Shown one piece after another: positions 18,033 through 27,840 of a stretch of DNA of 58,400 nucleotides (position 1 is the stretch's first letter; each line of letters starts with the position of its first letter). Under the pieces are notes generated by a model. The model made no database searches. It was not told the DNA's origin and saw nothing but the letters and a program-made list of their open reading frames with translations. Source of the DNA: Candidatus Hermodarchaeum yapensis (GTDB lineage Archaea; Asgardarchaeota; Hermodarchaeia; Hermodarchaeales; Hermodarchaeaceae); NCBI GenBank assembly GCA_016840405.1, contig JAEOSK010000017.1:1-58400 (forward strand). The letters run 5' to 3'. The position numbers and the translations under genes were made by a program.

Positions 18033-18044
18033 TATAAAAAGGCT
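18033..18044 (-). promoter_or_regulatory. Putative BRE/TATA promoter of ssb paralog 2
   Basis: AGCCTTTTTATA, identical to 38881-38892 and at a similar distance from the paralog start. Confidence 0.65.
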
Positions 18045-18086
18045 TGGTTTTCCCGGTTCCAAGCTTAGACTTATTGTAATTACTAA

Positions 18087-18108
18087 ATGGGAACATGGGG
18101 GTTCCCAT
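18087..18108. promoter_or_regulatory. Inverted repeat ATGGGAAC-N6-GTTCCCAT, candidate operator
   Basis: Perfect 8 bp arms in a divergent intergenic region. Confidence 0.35.
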
Positions 18109-18250
18109 ATTGACCATTTATGCGTACTTTTCGGACGGTTTGAACGCTTCTTAGTATCAGGGAAAATATTAGCATCCAATTCCCATGACCGTACACGAAC
18201 CTAACGGGATGACCAATTAAAATCAATATCCCGTAGGAGGGAAAGAAGAT

Positions 18251-19009
18251 ATGGATAGAAAACTCGCAAAAACAACACTACTAGTAGTTGGAATCAGTCT
18301 GTTACTCGCACTAGTTGGCAATTTTCCCCGCTGCTCAGCACAAAACAGTTGGTCAGATGACTTCTCAGATGGCAACTACACTGGCTGGACCGTCGAAGAG
18401 GGCACCTTCAATGCCTCGAACTACATCCTTGAAGCCTCTGGAGATCCTGGCGGGATAGTCGACTGGCACAAGGTTCGTCATAGTAGTCAGGTCGCATACG
18501 GGAACTGGAGTCTTGACATGTATATCAACGGCTCCGAAGATACTCTGTTTTACATCAGTTTCATCGCGGACTCACTCTTCGACTGGGGACCAAGCCTCTA
18601 TGTACCCCGGAATGGATACGCACTATTTTTCGATACTGAGGGACCCACAAGAATGACACTTGAACTATGGACCAGTGAAGATTTTGATGAAATCGGTATT
18701 TGGCAGCCATCCGCTTTTAACGGCTGGCAGAATATCACAATCACACGTGATTTCACGGGAGCCTTCACAGTGTCTGTTAACGGAACCTCCCGGATTTCTG
18801 TAACTGACAACGATCACACAACGTCAGCACAGTTTGGCTGGATGAGTGACCCATGGAGCGCCATCGACAATGTTATTGTCAACGAACTAGATGGTTACAA
18901 TAATAATAATCACTACATCCCCATTGAATTGCTTCTTCTCGTTGGTGGTGTTGCTATTATTATCGTGATAGTCATTATTGCAGTGATTTATCTTCGACGT
19001 AGAGGCTAA
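18251..19009 (+). CDS. Secreted, C-terminally membrane-anchored beta-sandwich (ConA/LamG-like) protein
   Basis: Signal peptide, WSDDFSDGNYTGW, GWQNITITR, IDNVIV, C-terminal TM plus RRRG, many N-x-S/T sequons. Confidence 0.8.
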   Translation: MDRKLAKTTLLVVGISLLLALVGNFPRCSAQNSWSDDFSDGNYTGWTVEEGTFNASNYILEASGDPGGIVDWHKVRHSSQVAYGNWSLDMYINGSEDTLFYISFIADSLFDWGPSLYVPRNGYALFFDTEGPTRMTLELWTSEDFDEIGIWQPSAFNGWQNITITRDFTGAFTVSVNGTSRISVTDNDHTTSAQFGWMSDPWSAIDNVIVNELDGYNNNNHYIPIELLLLVGGVAIIIVIVIIAVIYLRRRG

Positions 19010-19058
19010 CTCAGAACCAAGATGTACCAAACCATGAATACCTAAGTGTCAGTTCAAA

Positions 19059-19090
19059 GGGAGGTGGTGCCTCCCAATTTTTTCTTTTTT
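19059..19090 (+). terminator. Hairpin + T-tract, family copy R5
   Basis: GGGAGGT-GGT-GCCTCCC-AA-TTTTTTCTTTTTT, about 50 bp after the stop at 19009. Confidence 0.75.
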
Positions 19091-19191
19091 CAGTGAAAGC
19101 CAAGAGCTTGAGATACTTGCGACTTTATTGATATATTCTTGGTTTGACCTGAAGGGCCTCCTCGCTACTTGGATGAATAAGGTGTGTGTTA

Positions 19192-20367
19192 CTATCTTCG
19201 GCGTTTCCAGAAAACGCTGATCAATACTGCTCCAATTACAATTCCAAGACTTGCAGGGAGTATCATTATTACTGGATTAAGTGGTGGAGGTAGACTGGGT
19301 GTTGAGGGGATGATGAAATTTTCCACAATCATGTGATGTTGAATTGCATTGCTATCTCCAGTTATGACGACAACTAAGTCATGATTTGGAACAACCCAAA
19401 TGAATTGACCTAGCCAGCCACGGGCAGCATACGCACCTACATGCGGGTACACCCACCACTGATACCCATACCCAGCAGATCCTGGAGTAGGATGGAACGT
19501 GTATTGACAAGATGTCGATGTGACTAGCCATGAATGGGGCACGATGATTTGACCATCCCAAACGCCTCCCCGCAAACACAGATAACCAATTTTTGCGATG
19601 TCCCTGGGTCGCAGATACAAATCGGAACCCCCCATCGCGGCACCTTGCGGGTCACCAGGCCACCACCAATAAGTAATGCCTAACGGGGAGAAGAGGAATT
19701 CGTCCGCAAAGACAGTAGTATTCTGCCCTGCGGCTTCAGACACGATGGCAGAGAGAAGGTGGGATCCCCCAGTATTGTATACCCATGTTTCACCCGGTGC
19801 ATACTCCATTGGGCGATCGAGCACCCATTTCACCCAATCAGGACTACTCACAAGGGCGCCATATTCATTTTCTTCCCAAGGGAGTCCTGATGTCATTGTA
19901 AGTAAATGTTCAATTGTAATCGCCTCCTTACGGGAATCCATGTTCTCGAAAGTGCGATCTGGGAAATAATCCAATACGAATTCATCTACACCACCAATGT
20001 GGCCCTGGGCAATGGCTATTCCTACTAAAAGTGAGGTTACGCTTTTGGTACAGGAGTGGATTTCATTGGCTACATCACTGTTTTCGGGCTGACCAAAATA
20101 ATTCTCATAGACTAGATATCCGCCATGAACGATTAACAGTGAGATGATGTCTTCGCTCCACGAACTGTCATTGATATACGCTTCCATTTCCTCTAACAGA
20201 GTTACATTCATATCATGGGATTCGGGAGTTGCCGTCTGCCAATCTATGGTTGGCCAATACTCAGGAGATACTGCCTGTATTCTATCGTGCATGAAGGGAC
20301 TCGTAACCAGAATCGAGAAGATCAAAACAGCTGCGTGTAGCATCATACGGGTTTGTTTCATTAACAT
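19192..20367 (-). CDS. Secreted membrane-anchored serine hydrolase (beta-lactamase/class C family)
   Basis: SxxK (SCTK), LLTMTSGL, YNT and YGYQWW motifs. Signal peptide and C-terminal TM. Confidence 0.9.
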   Translation of the reverse strand: MLMKQTRMMLHAAVLIFSILVTSPFMHDRIQAVSPEYWPTIDWQTATPESHDMNVTLLEEMEAYINDSSWSEDIISLLIVHGGYLVYENYFGQPENSDVANEIHSCTKSVTSLLVGIAIAQGHIGGVDEFVLDYFPDRTFENMDSRKEAITIEHLLTMTSGLPWEENEYGALVSSPDWVKWVLDRPMEYAPGETWVYNTGGSHLLSAIVSEAAGQNTTVFADEFLFSPLGITYWWWPGDPQGAAMGGSDLYLRPRDIAKIGYLCLRGGVWDGQIIVPHSWLVTSTSCQYTFHPTPGSAGYGYQWWVYPHVGAYAARGWLGQFIWVVPNHDLVVVITGDSNAIQHHMIVENFIIPSTPSLPPPLNPVIMILPASLGIVIGAVLISVFWKRRR

Positions 20368-20580
20368 CCTCGAAATTAGAATGTCTAGTATTCTGTGTTT
20401 TATCTTTAGGGAATACGGCAGGGGTCAAGAAAATCCATTCCAACTCCAAGATTATTAAGCCAAAAACGCTGTCACGTTTTGAAACAAGTGCCTTTGAAAT
20501 TTATCTTAAAGTGCTATAAACGAAGCCAATTCCTAGTGATGAAGAGGAAACAGCTATACTTCTCCAAATCGTAAATTTAC

Positions 20581-21717
20581 TTGATGCCATCGGTTCGTAT
20601 TGCACTCGCGGAATACTTAGACACAATTCGCAAGTATGCATACGAAATTGCCAATGTCAAAAGTGGCATCTTCCCAAGGGATGATCCCCAATTTTTTTTA
20701 CAACAACCGAACGTCTGGTTTCAGAAAGAAGCCGATTGGGTTGAAGTACTTAACAAAGGAATAGAAATTATCCGCCAGTATGTAGATGTAGTGAACCGTT
20801 GGATAACCCACATTAGAGGCTTTGTTAACAACCTTCATCTAACTGGAACTGAATATCGACAAATTGTTGAAAACCAAGGCGGAATGATTGAATTCCTACA
20901 AACCAAAACATATGATGAAGAATATCTATATTGGGTACTCGAAGACACCTCCGAAGAAGTAGAACGACTTGCCATTGCCTCCCGTGAACTCTTAGAGCAA
21001 GCCCCGACTTTGGTCACACTTACAAATCAGATTCAAGGAACATTCATGAAAAATGTGAAACAGATCACTCAAACCTGGACAACTCAAAATCTCTCTGAAT
21101 TGTACTCAAAATTAATTACACTCCTTGAAGCGTCCACCGCAAGCAAGAATCTACCTGAAACCATCAAACATCTGGGAACCTACGGTGACATTATTATCAC
21201 GGTCTTAGCGTCAACCCCCTTATTCGCTGATGATAATAGTGCTGACCTCACTTCCCTTGAGCTATTTCAAGAAGTGACAACTAATATTCAAAAACTAGTT
21301 CAGAGTACACAGGATTTCCGGGAATTCGTCCGGTTACGGAGCATTGCCTACCAACGGTTTCTTGAGCACATAAAAGCTCTCATACAAGCTTTCCTTTTAT
21401 CACCAAAAGATGTTAATCCTTGGATAATCCAATTCGTCAAAGATGCATCAAAACCAGCACTAAAACTGCTTCCCAAAGAAATCCCGACAGATACTCTCCC
21501 ACTCGCTTTCCTCCAAGCTGAGGATGCCCAAAATGATTGGGTGGCGATTAGCACCAAACTGAAGCCGTTACGACAAAGTGCGTTTAAACTCAACGAGGTA
21601 CTCCAATCACCAGCTATTGCACAATTCCTTACAGCTGATCAACAACGCCGAGAAATCACTAATAAGTGGCTTCCCAAGATGCTTGTAAAATATCAATCCC
21701 TTCGTGAAGCGGTCTAA
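20581..21717 (+). CDS. Hypothetical all-alpha-helical protein, paralog A
   Basis: 378 aa, colinear with 27841-28986. Shared motifs YLxWVLED, IPTDTLPLA and LQSPAIAxFLxADQQR. Confidence 0.85.
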   Translation: MMPSVRIALAEYLDTIRKYAYEIANVKSGIFPRDDPQFFLQQPNVWFQKEADWVEVLNKGIEIIRQYVDVVNRWITHIRGFVNNLHLTGTEYRQIVENQGGMIEFLQTKTYDEEYLYWVLEDTSEEVERLAIASRELLEQAPTLVTLTNQIQGTFMKNVKQITQTWTTQNLSELYSKLITLLEASTASKNLPETIKHLGTYGDIIITVLASTPLFADDNSADLTSLELFQEVTTNIQKLVQSTQDFREFVRLRSIAYQRFLEHIKALIQAFLLSPKDVNPWIIQFVKDASKPALKLLPKEIPTDTLPLAFLQAEDAQNDWVAISTKLKPLRQSAFKLNEVLQSPAIAQFLTADQQRREITNKWLPKMLVKYQSLREAV

Positions 21718-21907
21718 ACCTGACAGTCAATTTGTTCCCTTTCCATTTTGGGGACAGGATTGTCCACAATGTGTCGGTTTTCTCTCGTTTTCTGACCGGT
21801 TTACAACCCGTGGAGTACCCGTCGATTGAAATGCCACTAAAACTACTCCTTCATGTGGTTTCACTCTTATCGTACGCAATTGGAGGGGTGACCCACAAGG
21901 AGCTGCC

Positions 21908-22348
21908 ATGGCGATGAGGTATTCGGATTTGATTAAAGAGTATCGACGACTCGTTGCAATCCAACCAGACCAGCTCATCTCACAGGAAGAACCAGAAAGA
22001 GTCGTCAACCTTTATGAAAACGATCGAATCCGAATCTTACTCTTACGTACCCCCGAAGCCCCGGACACTGTAAAACTGGAAATTGAAATTGCATTACCGG
22101 ATCGCATCTGGGGATTAGACGCCAACTATTTCTCCGATGCCATCACAACTCCGGACCAACCCTCCATCTGTACGTCCCTACAAGAAATGGTTTTGCTCTT
22201 CCAGTATCTCCTAAAACTCCAAAAAGCCGGTTTCACACTAGATTTCTACGGTGAAGAAGGTCTCTTCATTGCTTGCTACTACATCGATAAGACGCCTTCA
22301 AAAACGCTCTATTTAGCATTTCAGCCCCCACAAATCAAAGCGAATTAA
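21908..22348 (+). CDS. Hypothetical protein
   Basis: 146 aa with plausible codon usage and a GGAGGGGTGA SD-like sequence upstream. Confidence 0.7.
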   Translation: MAMRYSDLIKEYRRLVAIQPDQLISQEEPERVVNLYENDRIRILLLRTPEAPDTVKLEIEIALPDRIWGLDANYFSDAITTPDQPSICTSLQEMVLLFQYLLKLQKAGFTLDFYGEEGLFIACYYIDKTPSKTLYLAFQPPQIKAN

Positions 22349-22595
22349 GCTTCATTCAACTTTTTTAATGAAGGTTACTTGGGCCAAGTGGTTTGGGGGC
22401 CTTCCGCCAGAAGCACCTGATACTTGCTGGTTTGAATTAACCTAACCTTTGATGACTCTATGAACAGACTCGTTTCAATAACGGAACGGGTCCTTTCTTT
22501 CCTTTTTTGGGAGGAAAGATTGATTTTGACCAAAGGAATCTGATAACATTCTTGCTTTACGATCATGAAAACGGTTAATTTATCTTAAGCTACTT

Positions 22596-23474
22596 ATGGT
22601 CAACAGTAGAATTCTCATGTCGAAATCCAAGAATCTAATCACAGTGACTTTGGAATCGACGATGGTGGGACCCTTATGGGCACGTGCTAAGTATAGTCAA
22701 TTATATCCCGAAATCTTGTCAGATGCCCAGGCTGTGAAGTTATTCGAGAAAGTGAAAACTCGACATTGGGAAGCTGAAGCAGAATTTACTAAAATGGAAG
22801 AGTTGATTGACGAGTTTTACGGGCTCACCTTTTTGATTCGGGCAAGCACTATCGACGAGACTATCAAGGAATTTCTTTCACGACACCCAGAAGCGACAAT
22901 AGTCAACATTGGTTGTGGGCTAGATACTACTTTCTCACGCATTGATAATGGTCAGATAAGATGGTATGACTTAGATCTACCTGATGTCGTCCAATATCGC
23001 CGACAGTGGCTTCCAGAAACCCCAAGAAATCTCACAATCGGTAAATCGGTGTTTGATTATTCTTGGTTTGAGGATGTGCAATTCAGGCCTCGGAAGGGAA
23101 TTTTCTGTTTTGCTGGGGGGTTGTTTCATTACTTCTCCGAATCAAAGGTTGCTGCCCTCTTTCAGGCGATGGCGAGAACGTTTCCTAGCGGTGAACTCTT
23201 CTTTGATATGCCATCTAACCTTGGTTTACGAATACTGAAACGCAGGTTCAAATCTTATGACATTGAGGGCATTGACATCAAATTTGGGTTAGGCAATGCA
23301 CGGAAACAAATTCCCTCATGGACAAAGCGTGCGAAGGTGCTGGACTGGTTTCCCATGTTTTCCAGGGTGCCTTGGAATCCAAGGTGGAAATGGAAGACTC
23401 GTATGATGATGCGCCTAAGCGACTGGCTCAAAGTCGTTACATTTGTCCATATAAAATTCCAGATAGAACAATAA
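22596..23474 (+). CDS. Class I SAM-dependent methyltransferase (LCM/TcmP-like)
   Basis: PLWARA, IVNIGCGLDT and WYDLDLPDV motifs. Confidence 0.9.
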   Translation: MVNSRILMSKSKNLITVTLESTMVGPLWARAKYSQLYPEILSDAQAVKLFEKVKTRHWEAEAEFTKMEELIDEFYGLTFLIRASTIDETIKEFLSRHPEATIVNIGCGLDTTFSRIDNGQIRWYDLDLPDVVQYRRQWLPETPRNLTIGKSVFDYSWFEDVQFRPRKGIFCFAGGLFHYFSESKVAALFQAMARTFPSGELFFDMPSNLGLRILKRRFKSYDIEGIDIKFGLGNARKQIPSWTKRAKVLDWFPMFSRVPWNPRWKWKTRMMMRLSDWLKVVTFVHIKFQIEQ

Positions 23475-23536
23475 ACGTTGAAGCAATAAAGTATCTGATT
23501 TTTCGCATTCTTTAAGATGTATTATGTCAAGGGTAT

Positions 23537-24658
23537 TTGTTAATGATTTTTGAGCTCAAAAAGAAGGAATATACGAAGATTCGACCTTTATTCAGAGAAT
23601 TAGACTATCAGCTTACTATAGCTGCCGTTATCGAAGGATCAAGTCCAGGACGAATCTTTGTCGACAATCCCCAAAGACCCAATAGCGCCTTTATCTGCTC
23701 AGTGGAAGGCTACTATCTAGCTGGAGATCCCCACAACGATGGCTTCAACCAGGGTCTTTGTGATTACATCCTCAACACGATACTTGCCGGAGATACCATT
23801 CGTGAAAACGATAATGACCTGGTCTTATGCATTCATCCTGAGGAATGGCTAACTAAGTTCGACGTTATTTTCCCTACTCGGCCACCTCTACAATTGCCCC
23901 GATTATATTATACTTGTACTGAAGTCAAAGTAGATTGGCAAAATAAGATACCTACTGGATTTTCCATTCATCAACTGGACCCAAAGTTACTTGAACAAAA
24001 AAACATGGAAATCCCTGACCATATTCCCAGCTGGATGCGAATCAATTGGGGATCTATTGATGCCTTCTGGAGACAGGGTTTTGGCTTCTGCACGGTGTTC
24101 AATAATGAACTAGTCTCGTGGAGTCTCACTGATTGCGTCAGTGGAAACTTTTGTGAGATTGGCATACGGACAAAACCCGAATATCGCCGCCGTGGACTCG
24201 CCACACTCACCGCGGCTGCAACTGTCGACTATGCCCTCAAACACGGCTACTCTCAAGTTGGCTGGCACACTAACATCGAAAACTACGGTTCCATCGGCGT
24301 TGCAGAAAACGTAGGATTTACAAAAACACGTGACTACATCTGGTACTATTGTATGATAGATGAAGCCACTCATCTAGCTGAAACAGGTCTTCGAAGCTTT
24401 ATCCAGGGCTATTTCGCCCTAGCGCTTGATGACTATGAACAAGCCTTCGCCAAAGGACGCGTTTCATATTGGTACTATCATCAAGCCGCTCAAGCAGCTG
24501 CAACATTACGGGAAAAGCAAAAAGCCCTCAACCTCCTCAACCAAGCTATAACTGAGGGGTGGCGAAATCTTGAATACACCCAAGAATGCTCTGAGTTCGA
24601 CTTTCTACATGACACCAAGGATTGGCAAAAAATCATCAAACGAATGAAACCTAGATGA
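23537..24658 (+). CDS. GNAT N-acetyltransferase with C-terminal TPR-like helices
   Basis: GFGFC, EIGIRTKPEYRRRGLA and N..S..VAENVGF motifs; helical tail YYHQAAQAAA..ALNLLNQAI. Confidence 0.85.
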   Translation: MLMIFELKKKEYTKIRPLFRELDYQLTIAAVIEGSSPGRIFVDNPQRPNSAFICSVEGYYLAGDPHNDGFNQGLCDYILNTILAGDTIRENDNDLVLCIHPEEWLTKFDVIFPTRPPLQLPRLYYTCTEVKVDWQNKIPTGFSIHQLDPKLLEQKNMEIPDHIPSWMRINWGSIDAFWRQGFGFCTVFNNELVSWSLTDCVSGNFCEIGIRTKPEYRRRGLATLTAAATVDYALKHGYSQVGWHTNIENYGSIGVAENVGFTKTRDYIWYYCMIDEATHLAETGLRSFIQGYFALALDDYEQAFAKGRVSYWYYHQAAQAAATLREKQKALNLLNQAITEGWRNLEYTQECSEFDFLHDTKDWQKIIKRMKPR

Positions 24659-24788
24659 TTGTTTACCTATACAGATTGGGTGTGATTTAGTCGTTGCAAT
24701 TGTGGTACGATTACTCGAATGATCACAACTATTAGGAGAATTCACACGGATTGTGGAAAACTTCTTCAGATAGACAATGACATGTAAT

Positions 24789-25676
24789 TCAAAGGCGATA
24801 GTATTTGTCACGTTTTTCTTGGATTCTCCCCTCATTTACCAATTCATCTAGGTGTAATTGAATCATTATCGCTTCCCAGTATCGCAAAAGAGTTTCCTGG
24901 TAGGGAAACTTACGGTAGATTGGAGCATGTTCTACCAACTGATCTACAGTTTTCGGTGAATCCAAAAGGTCCAAGATTGACTGGTTTCTTTCATCGAGAC
25001 GTTGGGCATATCGGTTCCATTCAGATTGAATGTTCACGGTGATAATACCGCGATGTGAAGAGACCACCATATTCGTGGGTAACGCTTTCAATCGTTCAAT
25101 GGATTGGCGAAATTCAGTAAGGCTCGATTCTTGATGGCCATACCAAGGGAAGGAGGTTAAGTCATAATCAAAGGCAAACAGAATTTGTTGCGGTTCATAG
25201 TAGAAGCAGTAATGATCCATTGTATGACCTGGGGTGAAAATTGGAGTCAATACAATTTCGCCTATCTGGAAGGGTGTGTCTTCAGTGTAACTATGTGTGG
25301 GTGGACAGTTCTGGAAGCTCATTACAGTTCGGGCGAATTGCTGCCATATAGAAGCTAATTCTCTTCCAACAAAGCGGTGTGAGAGCGCAACGATATTTCC
25401 GCTCGTGTTGAAAGTTTCTTTGGGAACGAAAATTGGTTGACCTTTGAACACCCAGTTTCCAGCCGAATGGTCTGGATGTGTATGCGAGTTGATTATGTAG
25501 TTGATGTCAAACTCATTTTTGATTTGCTTCAGTAGCGGAATACCACAGCCTGTGTCAATTAATACGGTTTCTTCTGCCTGTACGAGGATGGAGTGGGCGC
25601 GAGGAAAGCGCCCCTTGTTCTCACCATGCAGAAGAGAAATCTGATCTGTGAGAGGTTCTAATCGCTCGCTTGTCAT
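24789..25676 (-). CDS. MBL-fold metallo-hydrolase
   Basis: LIDTG, SHTHPDHS, TPGHT and SSH motifs. Confidence 0.9.
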   Translation of the reverse strand: MTSERLEPLTDQISLLHGENKGRFPRAHSILVQAEETVLIDTGCGIPLLKQIKNEFDINYIINSHTHPDHSAGNWVFKGQPIFVPKETFNTSGNIVALSHRFVGRELASIWQQFARTVMSFQNCPPTHSYTEDTPFQIGEIVLTPIFTPGHTMDHYCFYYEPQQILFAFDYDLTSFPWYGHQESSLTEFRQSIERLKALPTNMVVSSHRGIITVNIQSEWNRYAQRLDERNQSILDLLDSPKTVDQLVEHAPIYRKFPYQETLLRYWEAIMIQLHLDELVNEGRIQEKRDKYYRL

Positions 25677-26048
25677 TCGCCGTCGCTCTTTGTGTGGGAC
25701 TTATTGTCAATTAAGTTGTTGGATGGATTGATATACTCATTATGGTTTTGCGCATTTTAGGGGTTCTAGCTCAGGAAGGAGTAATAAGTTATTCAAGTAA
25801 AATCTTGAACAATCACCTAACAACAAAGGACATTGGAGCTACAGACATTTCCCTTTCAAGGCAGTGAGGTAATTAATGGGGAGTTTTTATCCCCTATTGA
25901 GAATAATAAAAAAGTCGCCGCGAGTTCCGAGGAGACTATAAATGCCTGTCTTGAGGCGGGGGGTGACAGCCTCTTGGGTAGTGCCGGTCGATGATGCAGG
26001 AACCGAACAGAAAACCATTGGGTTTTCATAAGTTTTGGAGAACGGTGA

Positions 26049-26312
26049 ATGAAGGCGCAGGCCATTTCAGGTACTCAATTTCCAGTAGATCCAGTCATAG
26101 GGCAATTTATACAGTATATGATCCTCGCTTGGGTTATCATTCTCTTCGTTGGTAACCTTATGACTGCGTCATTCATCGCCATGGGTGTTATCTATTGGTT
26201 AACTGGGTGGAATCCTTCCCGAGGTAAGCAGATGGTGGTTGGGGGAATCGTTCTCTTCATTGCTATGCAATGGATAGCCTTCACGACACCGTTGTTGCCT
26301 TTTCTGTTTTAG
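26049..26312 (+). CDS. Small hydrophobic membrane protein, VirB2/TrbC/CedA pilin-like candidate
   Basis: 87 aa. Hydrophobic helices separated by GWNPSRGKQM, then VVGGIVLF. Confidence 0.6.
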   Translation: MKAQAISGTQFPVDPVIGQFIQYMILAWVIILFVGNLMTASFIAMGVIYWLTGWNPSRGKQMVVGGIVLFIAMQWIAFTTPLLPFLF

Positions 26313-26352
26313 CAACATGAATGCAAGGAAACGCTAGATGGCTGTGGAACAA

Positions 26353-27690
26353 CTACAAAGCGAGGTAGTGCACCAATTGTTTAGTCATGTTCACGAGATC
26401 ATCAATTCGAACCCATTCATCGGGTTTGTGTGCGGAGGTGTTATCGAGGGTGGCGGCTCCGATTCCGAGAATTTTGTCAATTCCGCATGCTTGCGTGATG
26501 AAGCCCATGTCTGTTGATACTGCCGCACCGCCAACGATGAATTCACTGTCTTGAAAACCATGCACGGCTTGTAATGCTTTTTGCATCTTTTTTGCGTAGG
26601 GACTTGTGATATCGGCTTTGAACGGAGGTGTAGAATGGATTGTTGTGATCTCAACATCGAGGGCTTTGCTCTTAGTCTTGCCACGTTCAATGGCGGCTTC
26701 GATTTCTTGAACTACTTGTTCATACGACTCTTCCGGGATGTAGCGTCGGTTGATGACGACTTCACATTCAGCCGGAACAATGTTGCTTTTAGTCCCACCG
26801 TGAATGATGTCAATGTTAAACATAGGCGTCACTTTGTCTGATGGGGCTCCAAGGCTTCGGAGTAGGGGAATCACAGGTATAGAAGATTCCCGTTTCTCAA
26901 CCTCTTCTTTGAGAGCATACAGTTCGTTCAGTATGGGTATCATTGCCTCTATCGCATTGATTCCTAGAAAATTGATGCCTGAGTGGCAGCCACGTCCTTT
27001 TGTGCGAATCTTCACATCGATGTTCCCAGCAACGCCGGCGATGAGAAAGGGCATTTGGGCCCCTAGTTCCGTGTTGATGACATGTCCTTGGACATATCCT
27101 TTCTTGGCTAGGTGGTAGATGCCCGGGTAGACACCAATTTCTTCATCCGTACACAGGGTGCAGATGATGTTAAAATGGGGTTGAAGTTCCAACTCGTGGA
27201 GAATTTCTAGCGCAACCACCATACTGGCGATGCCACATTTCATATCAATTGCGCCGCGTCCATAGAGTTTCCCATTTTCTATGGTGGGATTGAAGGGGTC
27301 TTTTGTCCATGGTTCTTCGATGGGAACTACATCCATGTGAGCATAGATGGTGACAGGTTCTTTTTGCCCGTAATCGCGGCACGCTACGAGATTCAGACGG
27401 GGTCCTTCTAGTGGGTAGGGAATTTTTTCGATTTCATCTGTGGGAATAAATACCTGTTCGGTACTGTAACCGAAGCTTCGGAAAATAGGTTCCAGATATT
27501 GTACGATTTCTTCGTAATTGTTTCCTGGGGGTACTACTGTTGGAATGCGGATGAGCTCTTCGAGTAACGAGACAAGACGGTCACGTTTTGCCTCAACAGC
27601 GTTGAAAATCTCTTTTTGGCTTTGTCGTGGAGTTGGCGGTGGTTCCTTATTCGGTTTTACTTCTTCTTGAGTAGAGATTGTGGATTTCAC
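26353..27690 (-). CDS. M20 family metallo-hydrolase (ArgE/DapE-like)
   Basis: AHMDVVP, YGRGAIDMK, DEE and AHKPDEW motifs. Confidence 0.92.
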   Translation of the reverse strand: MKSTISTQEEVKPNKEPPPTPRQSQKEIFNAVEAKRDRLVSLLEELIRIPTVVPPGNNYEEIVQYLEPIFRSFGYSTEQVFIPTDEIEKIPYPLEGPRLNLVACRDYGQKEPVTIYAHMDVVPIEEPWTKDPFNPTIENGKLYGRGAIDMKCGIASMVVALEILHELELQPHFNIICTLCTDEEIGVYPGIYHLAKKGYVQGHVINTELGAQMPFLIAGVAGNIDVKIRTKGRGCHSGINFLGINAIEAMIPILNELYALKEEVEKRESSIPVIPLLRSLGAPSDKVTPMFNIDIIHGGTKSNIVPAECEVVINRRYIPEESYEQVVQEIEAAIERGKTKSKALDVEITTIHSTPPFKADITSPYAKKMQKALQAVHGFQDSEFIVGGAAVSTDMGFITQACGIDKILGIGAATLDNTSAHKPDEWVRIDDLVNMTKQLVHYLAL

Positions 27691-27840
27691 GCTAGCCAGT
27701 GTGCAAAAAGGAACAAAAACCCCAAAGAAAACGATCCAAAAAGGACAAAAAGCAAGGATTCAGGATAAGTTTCTCGAAAATAATCGCTGTGTTACGCGTT
27801 CCCTCCGAAACCCCTTTACATAGTCTTCGAAAGAAAGTTT

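Noticed and set aside
25940-26010. GC-rich segment with ATGATG..CCGA read as a tRNA or box C/D RNA
   Set aside because: No cloverleaf or T-loop consensus. The C/D-like boxes are degenerate and lack a convincing terminal stem.
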